Origin: Eledone cirrhosa
Taxonomy: Eukaryota
Assembly: GCA_964016885.1 (NCBI GenBank)
Contig: OZ024740.1
Location: forward strand, 194,308,001-194,372,000
Direction: 5' to 3'
DNA: 64,000 nt
In this document: piece by piece, positions 26,316 to 38,761 of the stretch
Layout of the letters: every line of letters starts with the position of its first letter
How positions within the stretch are numbered: the stretch's first letter is position 1
Position numbers and translations under genes: made by a program
Notes under the pieces: generated by a model
What the model saw: only the letters and a program-made list of their open reading frames with translations
Told to the model about the DNA's origin: nothing
The model's database searches: none

Positions 26316-27039
26316 GTATATATATATATGTGTACAACACACATGATATATTATTATGGATAATAACCATAGTAATAATTCTAATGATAATATGAATAAT
26401 AACCCTTTCTCTATTGGCCACGTGGTCCCTACCAAATAATACAGAATATGAAATTAAAATGTTGTTATGAAAAGGTGGCAATTATTGCATATATAATAAA
26501 GAGTTAGTGGAGTGAAAAAATAATATAGTACGCAATATACTGAACCCACCTTGAAATTAGTAATATTCTGCAACCTATCTAGTATGAGGTTAACACGTAA
26601 CACAGATCAACCTCCTTTCCGATGAACGTTTGCAGCTCAATACCGCTATATTTGCTTCTGGCCATCTTAGGTTTTATTTAAAACATGCAGTGCAACGTTG
26701 TTTTGGTCGTTCTGTGTTAGCTGTTGATAGACAGTTAGTGTATTACCAATACGCTATGATTATAGTGTTCGGTACATTGTCGAACTCCAGTCGCTTCTCC
26801 CATCTTCACAGTATTTCATTTGATCGCTTTCAGGTCATTTCACATTTGTCCAAAATGTCTTGTTGGTGTTTCGGAGAACCTTGTGTCTGGCACTGTGAGA
26901 GAATGTTAGTCCTTGGTTAGACTTTTATTATCAATCATCTTTCATTTGTGCTCATGCTCGTCCTCTCCTTTTTAGCTTCTTGACTGTCCATTTGGTTTTA
27001 ATTTATTTACCATAAGCAAGGCAGTAAAGCCACTAAGAT

Positions 27040-27450
27040 GTCAGGAAGTTACCGAGAAAGGAAAAGGATAATTCAAGAAGAGAGAAGTTGACGATTGATG
27101 TTGCTTTTCAATTTTGGTAAATTTTAGAGGAGAAGAAAGCTGGAAGTCGGAAGAGAATTCCATAGGCAAAATATGTAAAGGAACTTGAACTCTAAATGGA
27201 TGAGAACTAGTTTCCAATCTGGTGCTCCGCTTAAACTCGTGAAGACGAGGCAACAAAGAGGAAAGCTCATCCGAACAATTCCCATGATATTTATTGAAGA
27301 TTCTTCTTTGGATCTTATCCAAACTCTAAAGGTGCACGGCAGGAGCACTAGACCAGACGTAACAAAAGTACTCAAAGAAGGGAAGATTTTCAGGCGATTG
27401 CTCCAACATTTCCATCGCCTCTATCTTTTGAAAATCACCACATGATTATA
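27040..27450 (-). mobile_element. CR1/L2/Jockey-group LINE 3' fragment
   Basis: DKIQRRIFNKYHGNCSDELSSLLPRLHEFKRSTRLETSSHPF...WNSLP, a typical post-RT C-terminus. Confidence 0.6.
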
Positions 27451-28599
27451 AGGTTGAACTACTGCTATATGCCTCTGGCTGGCCCTGTCCTGGGGAAATG
27501 GCATTTTTGTTTTCTTAGTGCCGCACCTCATCGGCCCAGGTATCGATATCACTAAAGATAATGTGAATTCATTTATCTTTAATGTTTGTCTCTGGGTGTT
27601 GTTTGAACTTCGAGCGGTGGTGCTTTGGAAATAGCAATATCAGCAGCTATCATGTCCTTCATTTAATGGACTTTATGTTGCTAGCTCTGCCACTATATGC
27701 CAATCTCTATTTTTCTGGGAAAAGCCGCCGGGTGGCCTTTCATATTATATGTTTGGCTAGTACATTTTCTGCTTTGTACAACCAGCCTCGTCGTCCTCCT
27801 CTTTCACAGAAAGGACATTCAAATATCTTTTGCATGAGGATGGCTTTAAGTTGCGCACTGTAGAATAGAAACATTATATGAATTAACTGAAGAAATTGAT
27901 ATGAGATACGGATTAGGAACATTCACCATGACAGCCTTGAAGAGAAGGCAATTAAGAATACTTATATGGTGTTAGATAAAAGCAAATAACAGTCGAGAAG
28001 ATTAGAAACACCCACATACAAATATTAGGAATCAATGAACAAAACAGAGAAACACGCATACAAATGACAAAAAGTCCAGTAAGGTATATTATAAACACAT
28101 TAGATTAAACAGTGATAAATGCAGAAAAAATGTAAGTAGGCTGTCATAGTAATAATTTATAGTTATAATATTCCCAATAGTCAATGACGTAGCATGACTA
28201 GAGAGACAAACAAGAAGAATGACTACATTTAGAATACATTACACGTAATTTGACATAGAAACATTATATGTTTATACACATGCAGGACGATAGAAGGCTT
28301 ATGCAACTAAAAAAAATATAAAATATCCAGTGTAAGACTACAGATATATCTAGCAAAGACTCACGTAAATATAACAGAAATATATGAAAAATATGCTTTG
28401 CTGTCTTCAAGGAAGCAAGGAAGAACGTTATCTGAAATGACAGACAGCTGTGTGTAGAAAGTAAAATAATAAGTAAAATAAGAAAGTAATGTGACTAAAG
28501 AAAAGCATACTAAAACAATAGCTCGAAAAGTTTTTATATGGCCCATACCTGAAAAGGCTAAACTCGTTCAAAATAAACAAATATTATTTTCAAAAGTCG

Positions 28600-28850
28600 T
28601 TAAGAAACGTATGACTCAAGGCTGTGAATGAACGATTCTTGATTGCAGCACCAAAAAATTACTAAAATCATATAATGATGAAGAATGCACTAAACAACTG
28701 AAGATTATGTTTAAGAAGTGTATTGTTTTTGACTGATCAGTGACATCCATTGACAGAATGTTTTCACACGTCATTATGAAATACTAAGAAACGTGATATA
28801 CAGTAAAAAATTACAGGGTAATCAAACTATTGCAACCCCAATCCACACAA
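28600..28850 (+). pseudogene. Possible decayed R4/Dong-like LINE C-terminal remnant
   Basis: Only ERFLIAA and a downstream KRD echo of the E.F.IAAQD...RH motif. Confidence 0.2.
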
Positions 28851-30307
28851 ACAGGTACATCATGATTAATCCGCAAAGAATTGTTTTGGTGAGACCCAAT
28901 AACGCACAGAGTTACGCGCAGTAAAAATGATAGTTCTCCTAGACATAGCCAACATCTTACAAAGTTGTTTTCAATCCAATAGAACATCACGAATTATACG
29001 CTCTCTACACACAACAGACAGCGTATATGTTTTCACATTAATGGCAGCCCAATGAGAGTGCAACGATTTGTTTACTCAGCGTGCATTAAATAGCAGGCAC
29101 ATCTCCCTCAAATCACATTCTACTATCCTAAAAAAAATAATACAATGGGTAATTGTTCGGCGTTCTTGCACATAGAAGAAAGCAGGATGGTCATACTTGG
29201 AATGTCTTTCATTACGTCATTTCTATGATGGCTGACCTGGATCTAGACAATAACCACAATACACCTAATAATATATTACAGTTCACATAAAGCATACATT
29301 GATCATCAAACAATATAAGACAGACCATACTGTTACATAGTCGATACTTTTCGATATAACACCAATTTATACGGCTCACATTCAACAATGGTACAACCCA
29401 TTTATATCATATCCCACATACCACACTCTCTCTACCATTATCGTCTAACACTAAAACATATGAATCCAACCACACAATAAATATGATACTTTGTTACCAC
29501 CGAACAAAGGAGTATAACCCATATTGCAACTTATACTCAATAACAGGATTCAGCGGAACAGAAATAACATTAAAATAACATCGTAAACAACAAATCAAAG
29601 TCCACATCAATGCTAGACTTATGCAATATCTACATTCTCAACGTATAATTCTATATACACACCAGGAAAACGATGTTACATCTGGTGATGCAGTAGAAAC
29701 GCAGAAAACTGTTGAAAGAAGGATGACGATGATTAATAATAACAATAATATTATCTATAATAATAATTTAAAAATCAATTTTTATTTGTCACAAGACCGA
29801 TAGATGAGGGACAATACATGGACAAATTACAAAAACACTCGGGGTTTACGCAATATCGATTATGAAAAATAAAGTGAAAGCAAGAAAACAATAGCAATAA
29901 TAATAACAATAATAATAATAATGTCTTTTTAAATCAATATTGACTTCTCTATAAAACATGAATATCGATTGCTTTAGTAATTGTAGTTCAGTACCGAAAC
30001 TTATATCAAAGCTATTTTTTTTTATATATTTTGTTATATTCGCAGTTGTTTTGTTGTTTGCTATTATAGTATTTATTAAGAATATCCAACAATCAAACAA
30101 TCACTTGCCGTTAAAGCATTATGTTAACTGATTTGTTGTTGCACAGCTTTAATGAATGGTTGGACATGAAAAGCATTTGTGCAAATTTTTCTGTCCACAC
30201 ATTCTTCCTATTGTCTTTAAATATTTCAGTTTATACAACAAATTCCTCGTGTCTTTCTATTCAGTCTGGGTAGAAAGTTTTAATTAGTAACCTTGCTATC
30301 AGTGTTA

Positions 30308-30550
30308 AATGTATGTATATATGTATGTATATATGTATGTATGTGTATATGAACGCATGTATGTATGTTTTCATTTATATATGTATGTGTGTATGTATGT
30401 AAGTATGAATGTATATATGTGTGGGTATGTATGCACGTGTGTATGTGTGTGTATGTAGCTTTGTATGTATGTATGTATGTATGAATGTGTGTATGTATGT
30501 ACGTATGTATGTATGTGCACACTGTATGTACGTATTTATGTATGTGCACA
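30308..30550. repeat. Degenerate (TGTA)n microsatellite
   Basis: Direct reading. Confidence 0.9.
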
Positions 30551-30933
30551 CTGTGAGCAATATAATGAAGGAATTTCTTTTTTTAAACCGATTGAAATAG
30601 ATCGGAACTCTTTAAAAATATTTTAGTTAACTTAGACTAATGGTAGGAAATGAAAACGCTATCCTTAGTCATGTGATCCAACCAGAATACTGAAAACTGA
30701 GAGTGAGAGGAATAGAAATGAAGAAATATCTTCGAGAAAATACAGGTCTGTTCGTTCAGCCATCGCTTGGAAAACGTTGACGGTTGGGGAAGTTAATTTG
30801 GATGTCTTTTAAAAGGCTGTGAACACATACACCTATATACATATATATGTATGGTAAGGCGCATGTTTGAGATTTTTTCAGACATGACATCTATATTTTT
30901 GTTCGAAATATATATATATAGATGTGTGGTATT

Positions 30934-30976
<43 letters not shown>

Positions 30977-31096
30977 TTGTGTGTGTATAATATTGATTAT
31001 GTTGGGTGTTTACCGACACTTCAGTAAGCACGTTGGAGCACTCAACGAAGTGGGCAGGTTGGTCTGTTTACTCAGGAATAATGTAAAAACATGAAG

Positions 31097-31490
31097 TGTA
31101 AGTCAACAGGCTAAAATTAGCTTCCTTTATCCATATTAGCTGCTATATATATTTCTGTGATAGCCATTATCCAATAGCTATGACCTCATCAGGCAGTAAG
31201 AACGTGAACAGAAAAATCAGGAAAACATAATAACATAATGTTGTAATAGATTTTACCTTATTAATTCATTGATATGTTCAGACACAGAGTGTGGTGTTAG
31301 TCCTCTAACGTACTGAAAACATATCAATGGATTAGCAAGGTAAAATATATTCCAACATTATGTTTCCTGTTTTGTCTGTTCAAGTTCTTACTGCCTGATG
31401 AGGTCATAGCTGTTGAATAATGGCTATCACTGAAATATATATAGCAGCTAATATGAATAAACGGAGTTAATTTTACCCAGTTCTTGTTTA
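31097..31490. mobile_element. Divergent inverted pair of family C pLTRs, each with an HHR (minus 31140-31196, plus 31391-31447)
   Basis: Arms ~31097-31275 and ~31322-31490; CTGC-CTGATGA-GGTCATAGC...GCTATCAC-GAAA-TATATA-TA-GCAG in both. Confidence 0.85.
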
Positions 31491-31493
31491 CAC

Positions 31494-31607
<114 letters not shown>

Positions 31608-32029
31608 ATTTATATGTATATGCATATATATAAATGTATGTTGCTATTATAATCCACGATGTCAAATAGGATTGGCCCATCCATTATGTTCTATTGTTTC
31701 CCTACGATTCTGGTCCCGATGTTTGGGACAACATTCTAGTTCTTCGGATTATCCTGTCTCTCGTTGTGTAAGGGTCGTAATCCTTTCCTTCAAATGTGAA
31801 CAAGTTCTAAGATAGATGCAGAAATGATCAGAAATATATAATGTGTCTAGAGGTTTCATGTCCGAACTTCACGTACATTTGGCAAGATCGTCAGACTTTG
31901 TACGCGCTTTGTCTATTCAAACACATTATATACCTAACACGGACATTCGTGAAATTACTAATTCATGAATATACTCATTCCTTCCAACCGACACTGATCT
32001 ATGATCCTTCAGAATGTGGAAGATGAAAG

Positions 32030-32700
32030 GGAAATCAACATTTTAGACACCAGTATTTTCAATGACCTTAACACCAAGACCAAATTCTTATTCAGTACCC
32101 TAACCATTGATGGAAGCAAGAATGTTTAAATAAACGGTGGTGGGTACTTTAATTATCATGAAGGAACACAAACCTCACTTCACAAATAACTACACTTGCT
32201 AGAACTGAAATAGGATTAGTCAGTAAAAATAGCCTTTGTAAAATGATTACCACCACCAAAACCCACCTACTACAGTGCGACAATATCCTGTCATCATGTT
32301 TAGGAAAATCCTTATAGCTACGTTCAATATCCTGGTGTTAAGAACTATCTAAACTACGAATCTCATTAGTATTAATTTCCTACACGTCACCTTCGACCTA
32401 AACTCCCATTATTTTTATAAAACCATGGCGGTGGATTGGCAGTATCGGTAGAGGGTTGGACGCCATGCTTTGCAGCAAAGATTTACAGACTTTTATGGTC
32501 TGAGTTCATATCCCGCCTAGGTTAACTTTGCCTTTCATCCTTACGGGGTCGATAAATTAAAGTACCAGTAATACACTGGGATAATTACTGGCCTTGTGCC
32601 AAAAGTAGAAACAATTATTTTTATAAAGCCAAATTTCACGTCTTTCTCTATTCACCTTTCATATTATTTAACCTGTTTTTACCTTATAACCATGTCTATC
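32030..32700 (+). pseudogene. Decayed Naiad-type PLE RT remnant interrupted by a SINE
   Basis: NLISINFLHVTFDL (compare NLSVVNYLDVT at 61.06 kb), then KPN after the SINE; GGG motif upstream. Confidence 0.45.
32427..32620 (+). mobile_element. tRNA-derived SINE family 1 with TSD
   Basis: Full consensus; ATTATTTTTATAAA.CCA duplicated at ~32408 and ~32614. Confidence 0.92.
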
Positions 32701-34519
32701 TACACCACCCTCTGTATTTATTTTTTATTCTTTCATGATTTTTGAAATTCTGTAAAGAAAATACTGTAACTGAAAGCTGGTTGATGGAAACAGAGTGGAA
32801 CCTATCGAAGAGACGGTTACTCTACGGTGTAATGCCATCATCTGTATCTTGGTTAATTTTGAGAGAGTTCAGTTTGTTCGGAAACATTTGCTGGATCTCT
32901 AATCTAAGTACAACCTTTGCTCGTCTTCTTAACTGTCTCTAAAGCCATGAAAAGAATGAGTGATAAATGTCATCGGAAAAGTCATTAAAACGCATTATAT
33001 TTGTGCATTGAACCCATTGCTCTTCTCTTCAGTCTCTTTATATCACAATTATCTTTGGGACCTCGGTTCTGCTTGTTTTTAAATAACCAGGTTTCTTTCG
33101 ATAAAAACAATTGAAAAATACTTCACTGACTTTTTCTATGGCATTGTGGATATAATTCTCAATAAAATATATCAGAAAATAGATATACTTGTTTAAATTT
33201 ACGTTGTGTTTTTTCGCTTTTAGATGAAAGGAAAACTAACTTTTTTTCTCACAAAGCAAGTTCGAAATTTTCTTCGCCAAAATTCTGTCAATCTACATCT
33301 TTATTACAATCCTAAATGAAATAAGCATTTGTAGAAAAATCCTTTATCGTTGATAATCAGATACCATTTCGTATTTGCAATAAGAATATTTTGTTTTTAC
33401 CATTGCATAAAAGTAAAGAGCATCTGCCATTTCATATAAAAAGCAAATATTTATAAACACAGCTATTTCATTGTTTCTTAATTTATTATATTATTTATTC
33501 TATAAATGGGTTTTATGTTTCCGTATACTGTTCTCTTTCTGATCTTATGATTCCGTTCATAAATAATTAAATTGCATTGTTACAACTACAATATAATTAG
33601 CTATGGATTTTATATTATCATAAAAGCACATCTTTTATGTAATGAAGTAATTGAATATAAATTAGTTCAAAATGCCGCTTTTGAAAGAATTGAGCGGCTG
33701 AAAAACAGAATTACCTTCCACAATTGGAATATTCAGTATATAATCGTTGTGTTTTTTTCAGTTTTCTTTATCATTTCTAATATATTCCTATTGAATTCCT
33801 ATTTTGTTTGTATCAATTTATATTTATCTAAAATAAATATCTAAATTTGGTGGTGAATGTATCCCTTTACGTCCATAAAATATTGTTCCTATTTCTTTTT
33901 AATCCCTAATGTATTGCTGTTGATGAATAATGTTTAAACAATTTATCTCTGTAGTAATTAACATTTTTAATGGAGAGATAGTTTGTGTAATTTACGAGGA
34001 AATAGGGGTATTTGTGTTTATATAAAAATATGATTAATAAAGAACATATAAGCGAATTTCTATACATTTTAACTTTATATATAAGATTGATTAAACTGAG
34101 ATTAAATTCAAATTCGAAAGCCATTCATAACAATCATAAGGTTTTACAGCATGTTTACCTAACACATTTTATTATGAGCTAAACAATTGAACTAGGACTC
34201 ATTGCACATATTAATGAGTTATATGTCATCGGAAAACGTAAATACATTGTTTTCTCACTCAAATATACACGTTGGTGTTAGATGACACTGAACAATTGAT
34301 TGGTACTTTATATTAACCGAATTAGTAAGAAACGTAGTATGACTTCATATATTCTATATAAAATTAAACTCTAAAACATTATTTGCGTATTGGAATTTCA
34401 GTGAATTCTTCCAGCAACGCTGATTTGTACTCATTGGAAAATTTGGAAACTTCAATTCATTTTATGCAATACGAAATATTAAATAACTCTTACTTTACAT
34501 GGGGGTGAAGATACGTGGT

Positions 34520-34700
34520 AACGGTGTTGTTCCAATATACTCAGATGAAAATGAATACCAGCAGTAGCTTGGTGTTCAAAACTGAAAAGGACTGGTGTCC
34601 TGTCCAAGGAGGAGTCTTGTACTTTCAGTCGCTTAACGCCACGGAAGCCGGGATATGCACCGGCCTGATAAGGCTCCACGTTAGTGAGAGTGTTTAGTCT
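34520..34700 (+). mobile_element. SINE 3' portion with V-domain-like motif
   Basis: GGACTGGTGTCCTGTCCAAGGAGGAG...CAGTCGCTTAACGCCACGGAAGCCGGGATATGCACCGGCCTGAT. Confidence 0.55.
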
Positions 34701-35489
34701 TTACTTTACATTGTACGACGCTTGTCGCGTTTTAATATTCTGATAACCAGTGGCCTAAAAGGAATTTCTTTCTTTAAAGTTGAGTTAACATTTGAGTGAA
34801 CAGTCTTATAGCTTTTCGCAAGATTAAATTTATTTTCGGTAAAACTACAAAATATCTATTCATATAATTACTATAATAGTTCACTTTTGTAAGGAGATTT
34901 TAAAATCTACTTTAGTATCTATTTCGGCATTTCCTTGTAAAATCTTTCCGTAGCAAATAGTTCTTTTCGTGTTATTAATAGTTCAGCTGTTTTTGTACAT
35001 CGCAACGTTTCCTTCCATATTGTATATATACAGTTACATATTCTTTCGATTTACTTTGATATTTCGCTAATGAGATCATCAGATCATCATAAACTTCCCT
35101 GAAGAGTTGATTGTCAGAAACGTAATGTCTAGAGATAGAATATATTAATTACGATATAGACGAATCTTCATTGACATGGTATTAATGCCCTGGATTGTCT
35201 TGTGGTGGTCGTTTTCTCTTAGATTATTTGATTGTGGATTAAATACTATCAATCAAGTATTAGGATCAGTCAAATCAATGTGTCATTACCAGATTGGGGG
35301 CTTACATTAAAGAAATTCTATAATTCGTAACTAGGCTAAGCATCTGCAAGTGATGGGTTTAGCCGATAAAATTAACCTCTTAAATATATGACTGATACTT
35401 AAATCATACACCCTCAAGTTTATTAATTAAAAATGGAACCTGCAGATGGTTGATGGAAACAGAGTGGAACCTATCGATGGTTGCCGAGC

Positions 35490-35660
35490 ATGTACGGCGT
35501 AATTCGGGCTGTTTGTTTACAAACAAACCAAAAATTACAATAAATCTTCGGTAAACCCATACGTACATATATATATATATGTGTGTATGTATATATATAC
35601 ATACTACTGTGCGTCTGTACACATATGTGTATGTACGTATACATACTTATATATATATAT
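35490..35660 (+). mobile_element. Fragment of the 10165-11160 repeat family
   Basis: TGTACGGCGTAATTCGGGCTGTTTGTTTACAAACAAACC match. Confidence 0.8.
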
Positions 35661-35666
35661 ACATAT

Positions 35667-35839
35667 AGTTTGAAATTGCTAACATCTTCGTGAGGTCAAT
35701 GATGGTGTGTTACAGATGTTCAAACTTTAATGCAAACAAAATATCTCAGCTTGTGAAGTTAAGTTCGTAGTTGCCCTAAATTCACTACTGGATTCAAACG
35801 TTTTAGTAAGAGATTCTTGTATAAAACGCCAAACATTGA

Positions 35840-35848
<9 letters not shown>
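35667..35848 (+). repeat. Inverted duplicate of 40875-41055
   Basis: Reverse-complement match of roughly 95% by eye; a third partial copy lies at 40798-40846. Confidence 0.9.
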
Positions 35849-35902
<54 letters not shown>

Positions 35903-35906
<4 letters not shown>

Positions 35907-38724
35907 TGGAATAAATGCTCTGAAATAGCGATATATATGTGAATATAGACATAGAATATTCGAAAATATTCTGTATGTTTATAATAAACATTTTGAAGAC
36001 CTAATCGCTATAGAATAGAATACGTCACGTATTACAATTAGATTCTCGATAAAAGCAAGGGAAGTAATCTACGCGTTTCATTCTCGTTAGAAATCATCAG
36101 GACTACATATCCAGTGCTTTTATCGAGAATGACACAGCTAGAGACTTATAGAATACTTAGCTGTGTACAGGAACTGGTTTGAAAGAGCGGTTGCCGGTCC
36201 GGCAGAAATTAGAAATTGGAATAAATGCTCTGAAATAGCGATATATATGTGAATATAGACATAGAATATTCGAAAATATTCTGTATGTTTATAATAAACA
36301 TTTTGAAGACCTAATCGCTATAGAATAGAATACGTCACGTATTACAATTAGATTCTCGATAAAAGCAAGGGAAGTAATCTACGCGTTTCATTCTCGTTAG
36401 AAATCATCAGGACTACATATCCAGTGCTTTTATCGAGAATGACACAGCTAGAGACTTATAGAATACTTAGTTGTGTACAGGAACTGGTTTGAAAGAGCGG
36501 TTGCCGGTCCGGCAGAAATTAGAAATTGGAATAAATGCTCTGAAATAGCGATATATATGTGAATATAGACATAGAATATTCGAAAATATTCTGTATGTTT
36601 ATAATAAACATTTTGAAGACCTAATCGCTATAGAATAGAATACGTCACGTATTACAATTAGATTCTCGATAAAAGCAAGGGAAGTAATCTACGCGTTTCA
36701 TTCTCGTTAGAAATCATCAGGACTACATATCCAGTGCTTTTATCGAGAATGACACAGCTAGAGACTTATAGAATACTTAGCTGTGTACAGGAACTGGTTT
36801 GAAAGAGCGGTTGCCGGTCCGGCAGAAATTAGAAATTGGAATGAATGCTCTGAAATAGCGATATATATGTGAATATAGACATAGAATATTCGAAAATATT
36901 CTGTATGTTTATAATAAACATTTTGAAGACCTAATCGCTATAGAATAGAATACGTCACGTATTACAATTAGATTCTCGATAAAAGCAAGGGAAGTAATCT
37001 ACGCGTTTCATTCTCGTTAGAAATCATCAGGACTACATATCCAGTGCTTTTATCGAGAATGACACAGCTAGAGACTTATAGAATACTTAGCTGTGTACAG
37101 GAACTGGTTTGAAAGAGCGGTTGCCGGTCCGGCAGAAATTAGAAATTGGAATAAATGCTCTGAAATAGCGATATATATGTGAATATAGACATAGAATATT
37201 CGAAAATATTCTGTATGTTTATAATAAACATTTTGAAGACCTAATCGCTATAGAATAGAATACGTCACGTATTACAATTAGATTCTCGATAAAAGCAAGG
37301 GAAGTAATCTACGCGTTTCATTCTCGTTAGAAATCATCAGGACTACATATCCAGTGCTTTTATCGAGAATGACACAGCTAGAGACTTATAGAATACTTAG
37401 CTGTGTACAGGAACTGGTTTGAAAGAGCGGTTGCCGGTCCGGCAGAAATTAGAAATTGGAATAAATGCTCTGAAATAGCGATATATATGTGAATATAGAC
37501 ATAGAATATTCGAAAATATTCTGTATGTTTATAATAAACATTTTGAAGACCTAATCGCTATAGAATAGAATACGTCACGTATTACAATTAGATTCTCGAT
37601 AAAAGCAAGGGAAGTAATCTACGCGTTTCATTCTCGTTAGAAATCATCAGGACTACATATCCAGTGCTTTTATCGAGAATGACACAGCTAGAGACTTATA
37701 GAATACTTAGCTGTGTACAGGAACTGGTTTGAAAGAGCGGTTGCCGGTCCGGCAGAAATTAGAAATTGGAATAAATGCTCTGAAATAGCGATATATATGT
37801 GAATATAGACATAGAATATTCGAAAATATTCTGTATGTTTATAATAAACATTTTGAAGACCTAATCGCTATAGAATAGAATACGTCACGTATTACAATTA
37901 GATTCTCGATAAAAGCAAGGGAAGTAATCTACGCGTTTCATTCTCGTTAGAAATCATCAGGACTACATATCCAGTGCTTTTATCGAGAATGACACAGCTA
38001 GAGACTAATTGTAATACGTGACGTATTCTATTCTATAGCGATTAGGTCTTCAAAATGTTTATTATAAACATACAGAATATTTTCGAATATTCTATGTCTA
38101 TATTCACATATATATCGCTATTTCAGAGCATTTATTCCAATTTCTAATTTCTGCCGGACCGGCAACCGCTCTTTCAAACCAGTTCCTGTACACAGCTAAG
38201 TATTCTATAAGTCTCTAGCTGTGTCATTCTCGATAAAAGCACTGGATATGTAGTCCTGATGATTTCTAACGAGAATGAAACGCGTAGATTACTTCCCTTG
38301 CTTTTATCGAGAATCTAATTGTAATACGTGACGTATTCTATTCTATAGCGATTAGGTCTTCAAAATGTTTATTATAAACATACAGAATATTTTCGAATAT
38401 TCTATGTCTATATTCACATATATATCGCTATTTCAGAGCATTTATTCCAATTTCTAATTTCTGCCGGACCGGCAACCGCTCTTTCAAACCAGTTCCTGTA
38501 CACAGCTAAGTATTCTATAAGTCTCTAGCTGTGTCATTCTCGATAAAAGCACTGGATATGTAGTCCTGATGATTTCTAACGAGAATGAAACGCGTAGATT
38601 ACTTCCCTTGCTTTTATCGAGAATCTAATTGTAATACGTGACGTATTCTATTCTATAGCGATTAGGTCTTCAAAATGTTTATTATAAACATACAGAATAT
38701 TTTCGAATATTCTATGTCTATATT

Positions 38725-38736
<12 letters not shown>
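35903..38736. mobile_element. 310-bp tandem array with one hammerhead ribozyme per unit and an internal inversion (retrozyme/pLTR-like)
   Basis: Unit starts at 35903, 36213, 36523, 36833, 37143, 37453 and 37763 (6.8 units), then ~2.4 inverted units from 38005. HHRs on minus at 36064-36106 +310n (7 copies) and on plus at 38250-38292 and 38560-38602. Confidence 0.95.
38250..38292 (+). ncRNA. Minimal type I hammerhead ribozyme (representative of 9 copies)
   Basis: GTAGTC-CTGATGA-T-TTCT-AACG-AGAA-T-GAAA-CGCG-TA-GATTAC, enclosed by a 16-bp helix ATTCTCGATAAAAGCA/TGCTTTTATCGAGAAT (38226-38314). Confidence 0.9.

Positions 38737-38756
<20 letters not shown>

Positions 38757-38761
<5 letters not shown>

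Noticed and set aside
35085-35135. HHR at CTGAAGA...GAAACGTAATGTC
   Set aside because: Core halves are present but stem I does not pair; at best decayed.
32777-35477. 30-bp match TGGTTGATGGAAACAGAGTGGAACCTATCGA at ~32778 and ~35447
   Set aside because: Too short and isolated to define an element; probably fragments of a dispersed repeat.
35903-38736. CRISPR array or ordinary satellite
   Set aside because: No unique spacers and a eukaryotic context; each unit carries a full HHR motif and the array has an inversion.
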